NCBI GenBank assembly: GCA_040437565.1
Contig: JBDOQK010000029.1
Location: forward strand, 124,001 to 187,945
Length of the DNA: 63,945 bases
Direction of reading: 5' to 3'
Source of the DNA: Albugo candida
Lineage: Eukaryota
The translations under genes and the position numbers were made by a program. Below are positions 36,182 through 50,219 of this stretch, piece by piece. Each line of letters starts with the position of its first letter. Position 1 is the stretch's first letter. A model generated the notes under the pieces. The model was not told where the DNA came from, did no database searches, and saw only the letters and a list, made by a program, of their open reading frames with translations.

Positions 36182-39100
36182 ATAACGGGATCAGACGACA
36201 GAAAGGGCGGACCGGCATCATCAGGTCACACAAATGCCTCACAGTCACGCGCAGCAACTCCGCCGCGCGCCGCTGCTGTCATTAGAGACGTGCCAGCTCG
36301 TGAAAGAACCTCGGCAACAGACGAAAAGATTCTCACGGCCCTCGCCGCTCTGTCGGATCGCATGGAAATGATGGAGACTTCCCAGATGCAGACCGACGAG
36401 GATGAGCGCATGCTTGGTGCGATAGAGAGTGACCTGTTTTCTTCAGCTCTCGATGTGAAGATGGGCGCAAGGACGATGACAATCGATGCGCTGATGAACT
36501 CTCCGAAGCGCAAACCAGCATCTATTCAAGCGCAAGCATCATCACCCGTATTTGGCGAATCCTTGTTCTCGTCTCTCGTGACGCTGTCACCGATACCGCC
36601 CATACAGTAGACAGGTGCGCTCTCCGGTCGACGCGGTGCCTCCTCGAGAGGGTGGTGCAGCAGCGCCAGCTAGGAGCGTTTTACCACGCGACACCGACGG
36701 CAGCTCAGCGCAAACTATATCCGCAAGTTTGACGGCACTGAGCTGTATCGTGGCTTGGATTCCAGTTTTTCTGAATGGGGAAAGACGTTTTTTCCTTGCG
36801 ACAGGTCAACTTGGCCGAGGCATCGTGCGGTTTTCGCTGTAGCNNNNNNNNNNNNNNNNNNNNNNNNNNNNNNNNNNNNNNNNNNNNNNNNNNNNNNNNN
36901 NNNNNNNNNNNNNNNNNNNNNNNNNNNNNNNNNNNNNNNNNNNGGGAAAGACGTTTTTTCCTTGCGACAGGTCAACTTGGCCGAGGCATCGTGCGGTTTT
37001 CGCTGTAGCGAAGGCGTTAATGTGAACCTGCTCGGTCATTACCTGGCTGGTACAGACGAAAGGCACTATCATAAGCAAGTCGATTTCTGGTGTCCTCAGC
37101 GAAAGGAATCACGCAGATGTTTTGGGTGCGAAAAGACTGGACATATTCAAGCGAATTGCCGGATCAGGTTGAAAGATACCCGCAGAAGCGATGAAAGATC
37201 AGTGAAAGCCATATTGTGCTCGCAAGGGGCAAATACAAAGCACGTAAGCGCGGAAAACGCGGTGGGCGTAAGCAAAAGGCGCAAGCTGATTCTGTGAATG
37301 CTACCGGTGATGTTAACGATAGTAAACCAAGCGACTGGATTCTGGAAAATGATTCAAGCAGGCAATTGATGAATGACGCATCGATTATACACGACGCTGA
37401 AGAGTACGACCACGAGATCTCGATGAATGGCAGACGGTGAGTCGCTGAAGATCTCCAGTGTTGGAAGTGCTCGCTTACAAGTAACTACGGATGGTAAAGA
37501 GCGAACGATCACGCTCACGAACGTATATCTGGCGCCGCATTTGGGCGCAAAATCGTCTTATACGTGAAGCTTGAGAGGAATGGGTTCGGGCTCGTGTACA
37601 GTGGATCATGTCGTTCGCTAGTGCGACGGAGCGACGGAGCAGTAGCCTTCGATGTCATTAGGTGGACGAACGGACTGTACGTGCATACAACGGTGACAGC
37701 TGTGCGCCTAAAGACGTCATCAGATGTTTTAATGGCTATGCTTACCACCACAGGATCTAGCACGCCAGCAGCAGATGTGCAGTGTGGATCCATGATGCAA
37801 TTTCATGCTCGGATGGGACTCCTATCGCTCGGAACGATTAAAAGAATGGCGAAGAAGACACCAGGGTCTTGCATCAAGATTACGAACCACAAGAGAGGGC
37901 CTGTATTTCGTGCAAAGAAGGGAAGCAGACAAAGAACAAGCAGCCGCTAGCGGACATCGGCGGAAACGCGCCTATTGATCGCATTGGTGGAGTGATTTGT
38001 TCCACTTTGAAAGGTCCTAAGACGTCATCAGGTAGGCGCGGCAATCGCTACCTCGTGAACTTCGTCGACCCCAAGTCGAACTACTGTCGTGTTTTTTTTG
38101 GCGTCCACGAAAGACAAGGCTGCAAAAAAGTTCGAAGATTTCCTGGTTTTCTCGAGCGAATGTTTGAGTGCAAAATTTACGTTTTGCGAACGGACGGTGG
38201 GGGAAGTACATAAATGTTGACCTGTTCTGCTAGCGCATAGAAGTTGAGCGACAGATCAGGGAATCAAGGTTCGAACGGCAAGGCCGAGCGCTTGCACCGG
38301 ACATACTCAACATGGCACGCAGCATGATCTTTGTCAGCCGGCTCCCGATCAAATTTTGGGAGACGCCGTGGAGTACTACACGTACATTGTGAACAGGAGC
38401 CCGACTCTAGCGAACACCAGACGCGCATCGCCGATTGAAGTGCTGTGTTTGGGAGCACCTGGGCGGTATACATAGACACACAAAAAATCGCTTGCGCAGA
38501 AATCGCAAGCTGGCGTCATCAACCAGCTATGAAACCAAATTTTTTTTCGTCTTTTTGCAGAAGGACATTAAGTTCGTGACGAAGCAGCACGTTATGAACA
38601 TCGAGACTCTTAGTGAGGAGCAAAACTGTCAGCTGCAGCGCTCACTGAAGTTTGAACACCAAGTTGAAATGACTACATCTATACCAGGGACTCAAGTCAC
38701 TACATGTGAGAGCGCGCCTCCAGATAAGAGGATAAAGAGCGTCCACAAAGGAAAAAACAGTGGAAGCGTGCGGCGTATAGCCCTCGAGGGATTTCTAAAC
38801 GCGCAGCGGCGACTGGATACAAGAAAGAGTCATCTCAAGGTCAAAGCGTGGTAAAACTCGTTGCTGAGGGCGATCCGAAGAACTACACTGACGCAATGCG
38901 GAGCTCAAAGCGTGACGACTGAACGAAGGCAATGCTTGAAGAGATAAAGGCTCTCGAGGATAACGGTGTGCGGAGACTGATCAAGCGATCAGCCAACAGC
39001 AACGCTCTCGACACGAAATGGGTCTACAAGACAAAAACGGACGCACAAGGGAGCATAGAAGACTCAAAGAGCGATTAGTCGCGTGCGGGAACGAACAAGT

Positions 39101-40417
39101 CCTGGGAGTGTACTACAGTCACACTTTCGCTGCGGTTATGGACCTGTCGACAGCGGCAAAGCACGGTGACATACCGAATGCGTATTCAAGGCCGACAAAG
39201 AAGCGCACCTCGAGATTTATCTGCAAGTTCCTCGGGGATGGACGTAGACGAAAAGACGCTAGATAATCTCGGCGCCAGGAGCAAGAGCGATTTGTTGCTA
39301 CAACTGCATAAGAGCCTATACGGATTGAAGCAAGCGATGCGCCTGTGGAGTCAATTGCTACATGCGAGGCTCACTGAGGCGGGATACAAATAGTGCGTTG
39401 TGGACATGTGTTTATATCGCAAACAAGATGGTGGAGACGTCGTCATGGTCGGCGTATATGTCCATGGCCTGCTGGCAACCGGAACTAGCGCTGAAGTCTT
39501 CATGTCAGCCTCGGCTCGCTGTCGATTAAGGAACTGAGACGTTTGTCAAAGTTTCTGGGTATGCGCGTGTCACTTGACAATACGGCTCCTATGTTCTGGA
39601 TCAGGAGGAGGCTATTCAAGACCTTCTGCGCGTGCATGGGCTTGTAGAAGCAAACCCGACGCTTTCGCCTATTAGATCCGACTGTTAAGAGGTTCATGAA
39701 GAAGTCAGCGCTACTCGGGACGACGAGCGAGGCTGGAGAATCATCAATTAAGGGCTTTCAGTCGCTTGTTGGAAGTCTACTTTGAGTGGCGCGGTGCACG
39801 CGGCCAGATGTGTCGTTCGCTGTGCGCAAAGCGACGCAGAAGCGCACCAGCCAAGTGTTCACGATTGTATGTTGATGAAGCGCATTGCATGATATCTAAA
39901 AAGGGACTCAAGAAGTAAGGCTGTGGATGACACCAAGAGTTGAAGTTCGGGAGACTCCGACGCTGGATTTGTACAGTGACGCAGATTTTGCAAGTGACAA
40001 GAAGGACCGCAAGTCGCCGACTGTCAACATCGTTTTGCTTAACGGCATGCCCGTGAGCTGGAGTTCAAAAAAAAACAGGCAACTATAGAAGAAGAGTTTG
40101 TTGCCGTTCGGAATCCTCGCGCGATTTGCTCGGCATCCGTGAGATGCTGGGCGAGGTCAACATGGCGCCCGCTCTACTCATGCTAATGCATGCGGATAAC
40201 CAGGCGTCTATCAAGCAAATTGAAGGCGAAGCATCATCGGTAAAGGCTAAACACATTGATGTGCGGCTCAAGTTCGTGTGCGACTACGCCAGACGCGGCA
40301 TTTTTCTCGCGCAATACGTGCGTTCGGAGTAAATGCTCTCAGACTTGCTGACGAAAGCACTGGACTCAGCAAATCTTGCAAATTTGTGTTCACTCGTGTG
40401 CTTGGAGTATCAATTAA

Positions 40418-40642
40418 AGGACTTCGAGATGAGAAAAAAGCACGGAAGAGGCAGAGGTCACGTCTCGGCAGATAGGTATTGGAATAGTTGCACGTTAGCT
40501 TCAAAATTCAGGTAGAGACAGAGAAGAAGGCAGTTCGCTAAAGGTGGAGAGCAAGGCATAGAAGAGAAAGAATAGCAGGTAAGGACAAACATAATACACA
40601 GAATCAATTTCGCCATCAACAACGCACCCAACATTTACAACA
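40418..40642 (+). repeat. 3' LTR (5' part and PPT apparently deleted)
   Basis: Colinear with ~35953-36168 with scattered mismatches; ends TTACAACA. Confidence 0.8.
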
Positions 40643-40761
40643 TGACTAGGATGATCTTTCGCGTTTACCGATTCCGCGATTGCACGAGGATAGCTCAATT
40701 AATAGCCAAGATGAAAACAAAAAATTAGAATTAGAAGAAAGACATTCTATTATATTATTAA

Positions 40762-41462
40762 GGGGGCCGCTATGGCCACAAACAAAACTACTACGGCCAC
40801 AGAAAATTGATCTAACCAATCACAGCTCACAAAATTTAATTGCTGCTAAGTATGCTAGCCAATCAGGTCACTTGTCTACTTTTGTACACGAGCTCATTCT
40901 GTTTCTTACGCTGCTTATGTTATATTGTTCTAGCGTAGGTACGTTTTTTCCTGATATCTGTATGGTAGGCTTATAGTAGAGACTCAGGATGTTGGAAAGG
41001 TGGCGGTTGCTGCTGAGAAAAATAAAAAATCGTTTTTTCTTAAATTATTTATTATTTGTTTATATAAATTCTATTTTCAGAATTAAAAGTGTTCAGTAAT
41101 ATAAGTAGAAAAGCATGGCTTCACGCCGCGCCGATTGCCATTGGACATGGAGCTTTTTCTAGATGTGATTGCAAAACTTTAGTGATTGGAAAAAACACGT
41201 AGGAAGAAAGGAATATTTCAAACTGACCTGTTCAAATACTTTCCTAACGGTGTAGTCTGAAATCTTTCGGTTGATATGCTGAAAAATGTCACCACGTGGG
41301 TCGGCTGCGCGAAAGTTATAATTTTCTTTTGTTGCTTCGCCAGTTCTGGCGTACTTAGCAACAATATAATTTGTGAGCTGTGATTGGTTAGATCAATTGT
41401 CTGTGGCCACAGTGGTTTTGTCTGTGACCGTAGTATTAATGTCTATGGCCATAGCAGTTCCC
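40762..41462. mobile_element. Non-autonomous MULE-like / MITE element (~700 bp)
   Basis: ~100-bp imperfect TIRs (ggg..gctatggcca...attgatctaaccaatcacagctcacaaa...gctaagta). 9-bp flanks TATTATTAA / TTTTATTAA. AT-rich non-coding interior. Confidence 0.85.
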
Positions 41463-41474
41463 TTTTATTAATTG

Positions 41475-42686
41475 CTAGGGATTTTCAGTATTGCAAATTT
41501 CATCAAATCCGATGAGCGTCTCGGCTGCCGACTGTAAAGCTTGGATTTCATCCAGGTACACCTCCAAAAGATCTCGATATCCACGCTCCAAACGCTCGAA
41601 ATACATATACTCCTCCATAGTAATGCATGCGTCGTAATCCCAGCCGATAGTAATCACATCCATGCAATCGGCCGTCGCTCCGTTGACTTGACGGAGGATT
41701 TCCTGCTTCCGGGCCTCTTTGAATTTGTTCTTCATTTCTGTCGAATTCATATAATCGATGTCCTCCTGTAACGCGGCTGCCGGAGATGGCATTCCACCGC
41801 TTTCCTGCTCCTCCTCGTGATATAGTGTCATGTTACGTACCGTGAGCAATCTTTTCAGCTCATTCATAACGCGATCTTTTGTGACCGTGATGTTCTTCAC
41901 AGCAGTGGATATTGTCTCCACCGCCTCATATTCGTCCGGATTCATTGATCCAGACCAGCGCTTCCACTGCGCACGGATTTGAGCTGCACATGCAGCATAA
42001 GCTTCAGCAATACGCTTCAGCAAGTCTTTAAAGTAGGTTAGCATGTTGTTAGAATTTTTTGAAAAGTGAAATACCTTCTTGTTGATCGAGAACCTTCGTC
42101 GTTGCCGATCATTGACACTAAGTCTCTTGGCGAGAAATCGTGTCACTCAAGGGATCAAATAGATACGTGCCAACATTAATAAGGGCGAAACCTANNNNNN
42201 NNNNNNNNNNNNNNNNNNNNNNNNNNNNNNNNNNNNNNNNNNNNNNNNNNNNNNNNNNNNNNNNNNNNNNNNNNNNNNNNNNNNNNNNNNNNNNTCGATG
42301 TCCTCCTGTAACGCGGCTGCCGGAGATGGCATTCCACCGCTTTCCTGCTCCTCCTCGTGATATAGTGTCATGTTACGTACCGTGAGCAATCTTTTCAGCT
42401 CATTCATAACGCGATCTTTTGTGACCGTGATGTTCTTCACAGCAGTGGATATTGTCTCCACCGCCTCATATTCGTCCGGATTCATTGATCCAGACCAGCG
42501 CTTCCACTGCGCACGGATTTGAGCTGCACATGCAGCATAAGCTTCAGCAATACGCTTCAGCAAGTCTTTAAAGTAGGTTAGCATGTTGTTAGAATTTTTT
42601 GAAAAGTGAAATACCTTCTTGTTGATCGAGAACCTTCGTCGTTGCCGATCATTGACACTAAGTCTCTTGGCGAGAAATCGTGTCAC
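41475..42686 (-). CDS. Hypothetical helical protein (~220-aa ORF; 42295-42734 re-reads 41755-42194); upstream exons may reach ~44030
   Basis: 223-codon ORF with helical, acidic composition and no recognised domain. Start unresolved. Confidence 0.5.
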
Positions 42687-44245
42687 TCAAGGGATCAAAT
42701 AGATACGTGCCAACATTAATAAGGGCGAAACCTATTTGATGTAAATTACATTACATTAGCCATACAAATCTGGCATTATGAAGCTTATGTAGTCTAGTAT
42801 GTAGCCCGAAGTTGCGCCGCTGCAAATACTTTCGAATTCGATGCGAGCGTATACAATACATTGCTACTGCCTTCATCCGTAGGGACACCCATATGCACTT
42901 GTGCAAAGATTAGGGCCCATGGATTGTCTTTGATGCATCACCAGAGCATCTGTGAGTAATAATCCGCTACTGCATCCATCGGCACAATATGTGTGTCTTC
43001 CGCGCGCCAAATCGATCAAAACGGTACACGAGCAAGTTTGTATGAATCGTTAAACCATCTACGCCCGCACATAGTTAAACTTCCACAGAGTAAAAGGCGC
43101 TCGAAGTAATTGCTGTAAATTGGTTCGATCAAAGAACAGAAAGATTCAATACGCGAATGCTAATGCAATTACGTATGCGAGTTCATTCTTCACCTTGAAT
43201 CGCAGAATCTCGTGGGTTGTTCTTGTATCGGGCCATCCAATGCTGTCATTGAAAAAGCGTTCTGGTCTAGAAATGCGGCAAAGGATTTGCGAGGACCTCT
43301 CTCGTCCCCGACAAACGTTCTGATAGAATTGAGGAAAGGAGAAGGCTGCTCCGTATGCACTTCCTTTAAACTGTATACTTGTGGTCTGATTCCATTCACA
43401 AAAAAAAGAAATAGGGGGTATAGGATGTTGAATCTTTTGATGTATACCGTCTCTTGAGTGAGAATTGATATGCTTGTCCAAGGATTTCAATGGTTGGATG
43501 GCAATAACACCTTTCAAGCTGTTTCCTTGGACCGCTGTATCCCGCTCATACAGTCTGCACGAATGCAAATTCTCAAATTCCTATAAATCCAGCCAANNNN
43601 NNNNNNNNNNNNNNNNNNNNNNNNNNNNNNNNNNNNNNNNNNNNNNNNNNNNNNNNNNNNNNNNNNNNNNNNNNNNNNNNNNNNNNNNNNNNNNNNGAGA
43701 ATTGATATGCTTGTCCAAGGATTTCAATGGTTGGATGGCAATAACACCTTTCAAGCTGTTTCCTTGGACCGCTGTATCCCGCTCATACAGTCTGCACGAA
43801 TGCAAATTCTCAAATTCCTATAAATCCAGCCAAGATGCTGTTTTTGGGTACGATATGATTGTCACATGTCACCAATACGCAATCAGTTTGCTACAAAATC
43901 ATCCAAATTCTCTACGAATATCCAATTACGATAAGAGCCGGTCGAATCTGAAAGTGATGACACTTTCGCACCACTAGATGACAATGCCTCGAATAACTAA
44001 CGTTAGTATCCATACGGACACCTTCCATAATCCAGAAAGAAATCATTCTCGCACGATCATACATCTAAGTGACCATCTACACGATTTATGCATCAGGATT
44101 TGTTAAGAAAAACGGCCTGAAAAAAAAACACTGAATATCTTCGAAAGCCCGACTGAAAGATAAAAGCTTTGCTCCATCAAACGCGTTATGTTTTGAATTA
44201 AACTTCTAATTTTGTAATTGATGTTTTGCGTTTATACCTGAAGTA

Positions 44246-47200
44246 ATGAACCAAACGACTTTGACCAGTAGCGGTAGGACGACAACAGGAAGTAGAGCAA
44301 GTTGGCAATTAGCTCTTCGCGTAAGGCAACTGAGACAACATCCCCGAGCTCTCCGACGCCGTACCGTAGACAATGTATCGCACACTGCTATACACAGCAA
44401 AATCCTACAATCTCTTACAGATGTTCGTCTTCACACATCGGTAGGAGGGACGGCATTGGTCTCAAAAGAATGCAACTGGCGGAAAGATATGCCAATCTCG
44501 GAAATAAAGAGAAAAGAACGGTCATTGAGTCAGGTTTACTGGAAAGCAGAGAACGGGACGCTGTGCTCAACGCTGTCAATGTCACAATTTAGCGCACTCA
44601 AAGCAGCAACGCCATTGGTCAAAGTTACATTGTATGGAATATGCAGATCTCATCAGCCAACAAACTGTAAAATTCCACTAGAAATCTCTTTACAACTGTC
44701 TCAAAATGAAGAAGCCATCAGTTTGGGATATTTTTTCATCGATCTTAGGTGAGACAATGCTGAATGACGGATAGTACACACAACGAAACACGCTATTGTA
44801 GAACACCAAACCTATCTGCCAGATGGACACGAGTTATGAATGCAGCTATCAGCGCTGAGGTAATGTTCGAGAGTTCATTCTCAGTTCAGGAAACGAATGA
44901 ACAGCTTGCTCCAACTTCTTACACGAGCGGACAATCTCACGCAACTCGAGAAAATAAAGATGATTGTTTACAGCTTGGACGAGATAATGGTCAAGATGTT
45001 TTTGTCATTTCAATAAAGATACGTGATGCCAAGAATCTTCATAGCGCTTTACCGAATCAGAATCTGTCGTCATTGAAGGAGTATTGGCTCAGCTACTCTT
45101 TTTTTGATCTTGTCATTCAGACCGACGCATTTATTGATTTGAAATCACCCACCTTCCCTCCTATCAAGGACAATTTCAGGATAAGAAGCTCACCGAACGA
45201 TTTGCGGGAATTCTTACGCAATCAGAAATTAGTAATCTATCTTTGCGCTCAAGATGAAGTCTTTGGAGATGTAGAAGTACCATTTTCCGGATTATTCACT
45301 CAATCAATTTTCTCAGCAGATATCAGTGAAAATGAAGCCAACAGCGCTGTGGTTGAGGATTGTCTCGTGTTTGATAAATCAGCTCAACCACTTCCTTTTG
45401 TGACTGTCGAAGTACGTGTGCTACGTGAGAAAACAACGAAGAATGTACTCCATCCAGGAATCGAAATATCAGGGAGCTTGAAGGAAGACATTCGCAGTCC
45501 GGAACCGACTGATACTTTGGTGGAAACTTCAGAGCACGTACATGGTACTAGGAAAATGAAAATTCAGCATTTATGTGTAAAAAAGTCGTTTATGAAGACT
45601 TTTGCGCTGCTTGGTATTGGTGAGGTGGAGCTAGAAGCATGTTTAGGTAGCCATAAAGACACAGGAAGCATTAGCTGGCTTGCTATGACGCCTGAACACT
45701 ATTATGGGAGACCGAGTGAAGTGTCTTTGCCAATATTAACGATGAAAGAAACGGAAATGGACGTAAAAATTGCTTTTATTGGGACAACCGACTATGGCGA
45801 AAGAATCGAAAATTTTGCATTTTTGACGGTACCGACTTCCGATACGCTTTCACCGATAGTTCTTTCAAATCAGAAGAAGGAAGAAATAGGCTCTTGCTCT
45901 CTGCGATCGTATAACGCTGAGAAGCCGGCAGAAATCATGGTAGAAATTGAGCAGGAGGAAGCATTTGATTCCGTTTATGGGAGTGGAATTCAAGACTCAA
46001 GAATAAGCCACAGGTTTCATCTGATGATTGATTTCGAAGCAATCCAGCTAGGTCAAGATTCATCTTCCACCATCATATTCGAGATGACGAATCCTTTCCT
46101 TGATATTGACAAAGGTAAGAACTTCCGCTTCATCCGTCCTTGCTTTGCTAAATCAGAGGTTATGCTTCAGTCCGGGTTGGCGCAAATATCAGGCAAAGAT
46201 CACCAAAGAAGATCATACTGTCAAACACCTACTGCAAATACGCCGTCACCACATCGGAAGCGACTCTGCCAGATATGATGAAAGAACACTTACACGTCAC
46301 TATTCTTGGTCGGAACGCATTAAAAGACTTGAATGGGTTCGTACACTATACGAGTTTCTTCGATTACTGGCAGCTTTTGATCTGATTTTTCACAGGGATG
46401 AAGCCGAGCGAACGAAGCGCATCGGAGAAGCTGTTTTCTCGCTGAATTATCTGTTTTTCGCGCGGGAGTTTTATTGTTGTGGTGCGAGAAATTGTGACGC
46501 GACATTTGCGTCGCACGAGGATGCAGAAACCCATCAATGCGAATCGAACACCGAGAAATCGATCCACGCTTGCAAAAGCTGCACTTTAAACCTTCCAATA
46601 GTGAGCAATGTTATAGGATCAGATGGCCAAAAAGCGTTCGGAAGTGTCGATATTGCAGCGTACATAGAAGACTGCGGCGCTGGGAATCTCGTATCTCATA
46701 AGTAACTTCTTTCGGAGACTTCACTTGTCGCTAGTTACTGNNNNNNNNNNNNNNNNNNNNNNNNNNNNNNNNNNNNNNNNNNNNNNNNNNNNNNNNNNNN
46801 NNNNNNNNNNNNNNNNNNNNNNNNNNNNNNNNNNNNNNNNGTGATGCCAAGAATCTTCATAGCGCTTTACCGAATCAGAATCTGTCGTCATTGAAGGAGT
46901 ATTGGCTCAGCTACTCTTTTTTTGATCTTGTCATTCAGACCGACGCATTTATTGATTTGAAATCACCCACCTTCCCTCCTATCAAGGACAATTTCAGGAT
47001 AAGAAGCTCACCGAACGATTTGCGGGAATTCTTACGCAATCAGAAATTAGTAATCTATCTTTGCGCTCAAGATGAAGTCTTTGGAGATGTAGAAGTACCA
47101 TTTTCCGGATTATTCACTCAATCAATTTTCTCAGCAGATATCAGTGAAAATGAAGCCAACAGCGCTGTGGTTGAGGATTGTCTCGTGTTTGATAAATCAG

Positions 47201-49980
47201 CTCAACCACTTCCTTTTGTGACTGTCGAAGTACGTGTGCTACGTGAGAAAACAACGAAGAATGTACTCCATCCAGGAATCGAAATATCAGGGAGCTTGAA
47301 GGAAGACATTCGCAGTCCGGAACCGACTGATACTTTGGTGGAAACTTCAGAGCACGTACATGGTACTAGGAAAATGAAAATTCAGCATTTATGTGTAAAA
47401 AAGTCGTTTATGAAGACTTTTGCGCTGCTTGGTATTGGTGAGGTGGAGCTAGAAGCATGTTTAGGTAGCCATAAAGACACAGGAAGCATTAGCTGGCTTG
47501 CTATGACGCCTGAACACTATTATGGGAGACCGAGTGAAGTGTCTTTGCCAATATTAACGATGAAAGAAACGGAAATGGACGTAAAAATTGCTTTTATTGG
47601 GACAACCGACTATGGCGAAAGAATCGAAAATTTTGCATTTTTGACGGTACCGACTTCCGATACGCTTTCACCGATAGTTCTTTCAAATCAGAAGAAGGAA
47701 GAAATAGGCTCTTGCTCTCTGCGATCGTATAACGCTGAGAAGCCGGCAGAAATCATGGTAGAAATTGAGCAGGAGGAAGCATTTGATTCCGTTTATGGGA
47801 GTGGAATTCAAGACTCAAGAATAAGCCACAGGTTTCATCTGATGATTGATTTCGAAGCAATCCAGCTAGGTCAAGATTCATCTTCCACCATCATATTCGA
47901 GATGACGAATCCTTTCCTTGATATTGACAAAGGTAAGAACTTCCGCTTCATCCGTCCTTGCTTTGCTAAATCAGAGGTTATGCTTCAGTCCGGGTTGGCG
48001 CAAATATCAGGCAAAGATCACCAAAGAAGATCATACTGTCAAACACCTACTGCAAATACGCCGTCACCACATCGGAAGCGACTCTGCCAGATATGATGAA
48101 AGAACACTTACACGTCACTATTCTTGGTCGGAACGCATTAAAAGACTTGAATGGGTTCGTACACTATACGAGTTTCTTCGATTACTGGCAGCTTTTGATC
48201 TGATTTTTCACAGGGATGAAGCCGAGCGAACGAAGCGCATCGGAGAAGCTGTTTTCTCGCTGAATTATCTGTTTTTCGCGCGGGAGTTTTATTGTTGTGG
48301 TGCGAGAAATTGTGACGCGACATTTGCGTCGCACGAGGATGCAGAAACCCATCAATGCGAATCGAACACCGAGAAATCGATCCACGCTTGCAAAAGCTGC
48401 ACTTTAAACCTTCCAATAGTGAGCAATGTTATAGGATCAGATGGCCAAAAAGCGTTCGGAAGTGTCGATATTGCAGCGTACATAGAAGACTGCGGCGCTG
48501 GGAATCTCGTATCTCATAAGTAACTTCTTTCGGAGACTTCACTTGTCGCTAGTTACTGAGCGCATTTTGTAGCGCACAAGTCGAAAGCTTTTTCACCGAA
48601 AAGACCAGACGGACTCAGCCGCTCATTGAACAAAAGGGTACTTTTATCGTGGGCTCCAACAACTCCGAGCTCCAAGGCACGCTTTACGATTACAGTCTTA
48701 CACGAGAATGTACGAGTTCAGCGAAGATGGCGAATGAAAAAGTGGAAGAGATCGAGTCGGTGATCCCTCAGAATAGGGACGATGCAGTGGTAAATACTCC
48801 CTCAGTCACCCCGTTGAAGTCTCCGCCTCAACAGGATAGCTTTAAGGTGAAGGCTAAACTCAATGAATTAAGCGAACTGAAGCAGTATCTCCTCGATGAG
48901 CATGACAAATTAGTGCAGAAACAAGCAAGAAGAGAGGTGGAACAAAGGAGAAAACTTTTAGAGAATGAGACGAATAGGATCAAAGTGCTGGAGGAAGAAT
49001 GGGCGAAGAAGGAGGTGGAAAGAAACACGATTGTTCATGGTACGCAAAAAGAGTACTTAAAACTTGAACGACAACTACGATCCTCTTTGGCTGAGCTCGA
49101 ATCAAGAAAGCGTCAATTTGAGACGGAAAGAGCCGAACATGAACGAAATTATCAGTTGGAACACAATGAAATTGACCTATTGCGCAAACAGCTATACGTA
49201 GAACGGCAAAATGCGGAGGCAATTGATAAGCAACGAGCAATGGTTTTGAAGAAACAAGTAGCGTCTCTCAATGCTCAATTAAGTGCATCAGAAAAAAAAA
49301 AAAAACGTCTGGAAGCAGAATTTGTAGAATTCCAGGAACAGCAATGCAACATTTCAAAGGCAAAGCTTCGCGAAGAAATCTTCTCTTTGCGTACTACGAT
49401 CCAACTACTCGAAAAAGAGAAGAAAGGCATGACGGAGGCGCACAATGCGACCACACTCCGACTCGGTGCAATGCAAAAGCAACTCGATAACTTATCGAAA
49501 TTGCTCGAGATTGAGAAGATCAAAAGTCAGACCAAAGCGCTGGACGAGCTCGAGAATATAAAGCTGAGCTGTACAGCCAAAGAGGAAAAGGCCGTGTTAG
49601 CATACGAAGGGGCAGAATTGCGTGAGATTAAGAGTCAACTGGAGCAGCTACGTCAAATTGCCGCCATGAGAAAACATCATCGACTTGATTTACCTCAGGA
49701 GCAATTTGATGATTCAGTGAGGAGGAAATCTCAGCCGAATGCAAAAGCTCGCAACAAGTTGCCGAGTGATAGATCATCCGGAAGTGGGTCATCAATAGAC
49801 GAAGACCCAGTCATCACTTCGACTTCTCAGAAAAACAAAGCCTTGATCAAAAGACTCAAACGAGAAAGAGCTTTTCTGCTATCTTGTGGTCAATATGATA
49901 GAAACAGCGAGCTCGTGAAAGAATTAGATCGACTTTTGCATGTCACTATAGAGTCATGCTGCTCTAAGGCTTTCTCGTAG
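44246..49980 (+). CDS. CEP120: CEP120-like centriolar protein (C2 domains plus C-terminal coiled coil); 46841-48558 re-reads 45023-46740
   Basis: Recognised from recalled family motifs: C2A end SLGYFFIDLR; C2B YWLSYSFF..FIDLKSPTFPPIKDNFRIRSS..IYLCAQDEVFGDVEVPFSGL; coil LEEEWAKKEVER..EYLKLERQL; C-terminus RLKRERAFLLSCGQYDRNSELVKELDR. Confidence 0.9.
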
Positions 49981-50219
49981 CGTTTATCCAATTTATTACA
50001 CAGACACTAACGGCTTGCCGCCTTCCATGCGAATTCGCTGTTATTTCTGACTTTATTTATATTCAGCTGAGTATTTNNNNNNNNNNNNNNNNNNNNNNNN
50101 NNNNNNNNNNNNNNNNNNNNNNNNNNNNNNNNNNNNNNNNNNNNNNNNNNNNNNNNNNNNNNNNNNNNNNNNNNNNATTTCTGACTTTATTTATATTCAG
50201 CTGAGTATTTATACTTGGA

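Larger units (their letters stand above)
35910..40642 (+). mobile_element. Near full-length degenerate Ty1/copia LTR retrotransposon
   Basis: Two LTRs and a PBS; zinc knuckle CFGCEKTGHIQANC; integrase VLRTDGGG and NGKAERL; RT RLVACGNEQ and SLYGLKQ; RNase H YSDADFA and KHIDVRLKF. Many frameshifts. Confidence 0.95.

Noticed and set aside
45023-48558. Duplicated C2 domains or two CEP120 genes
   Set aside because: Identical re-read across gap 46741-46840.
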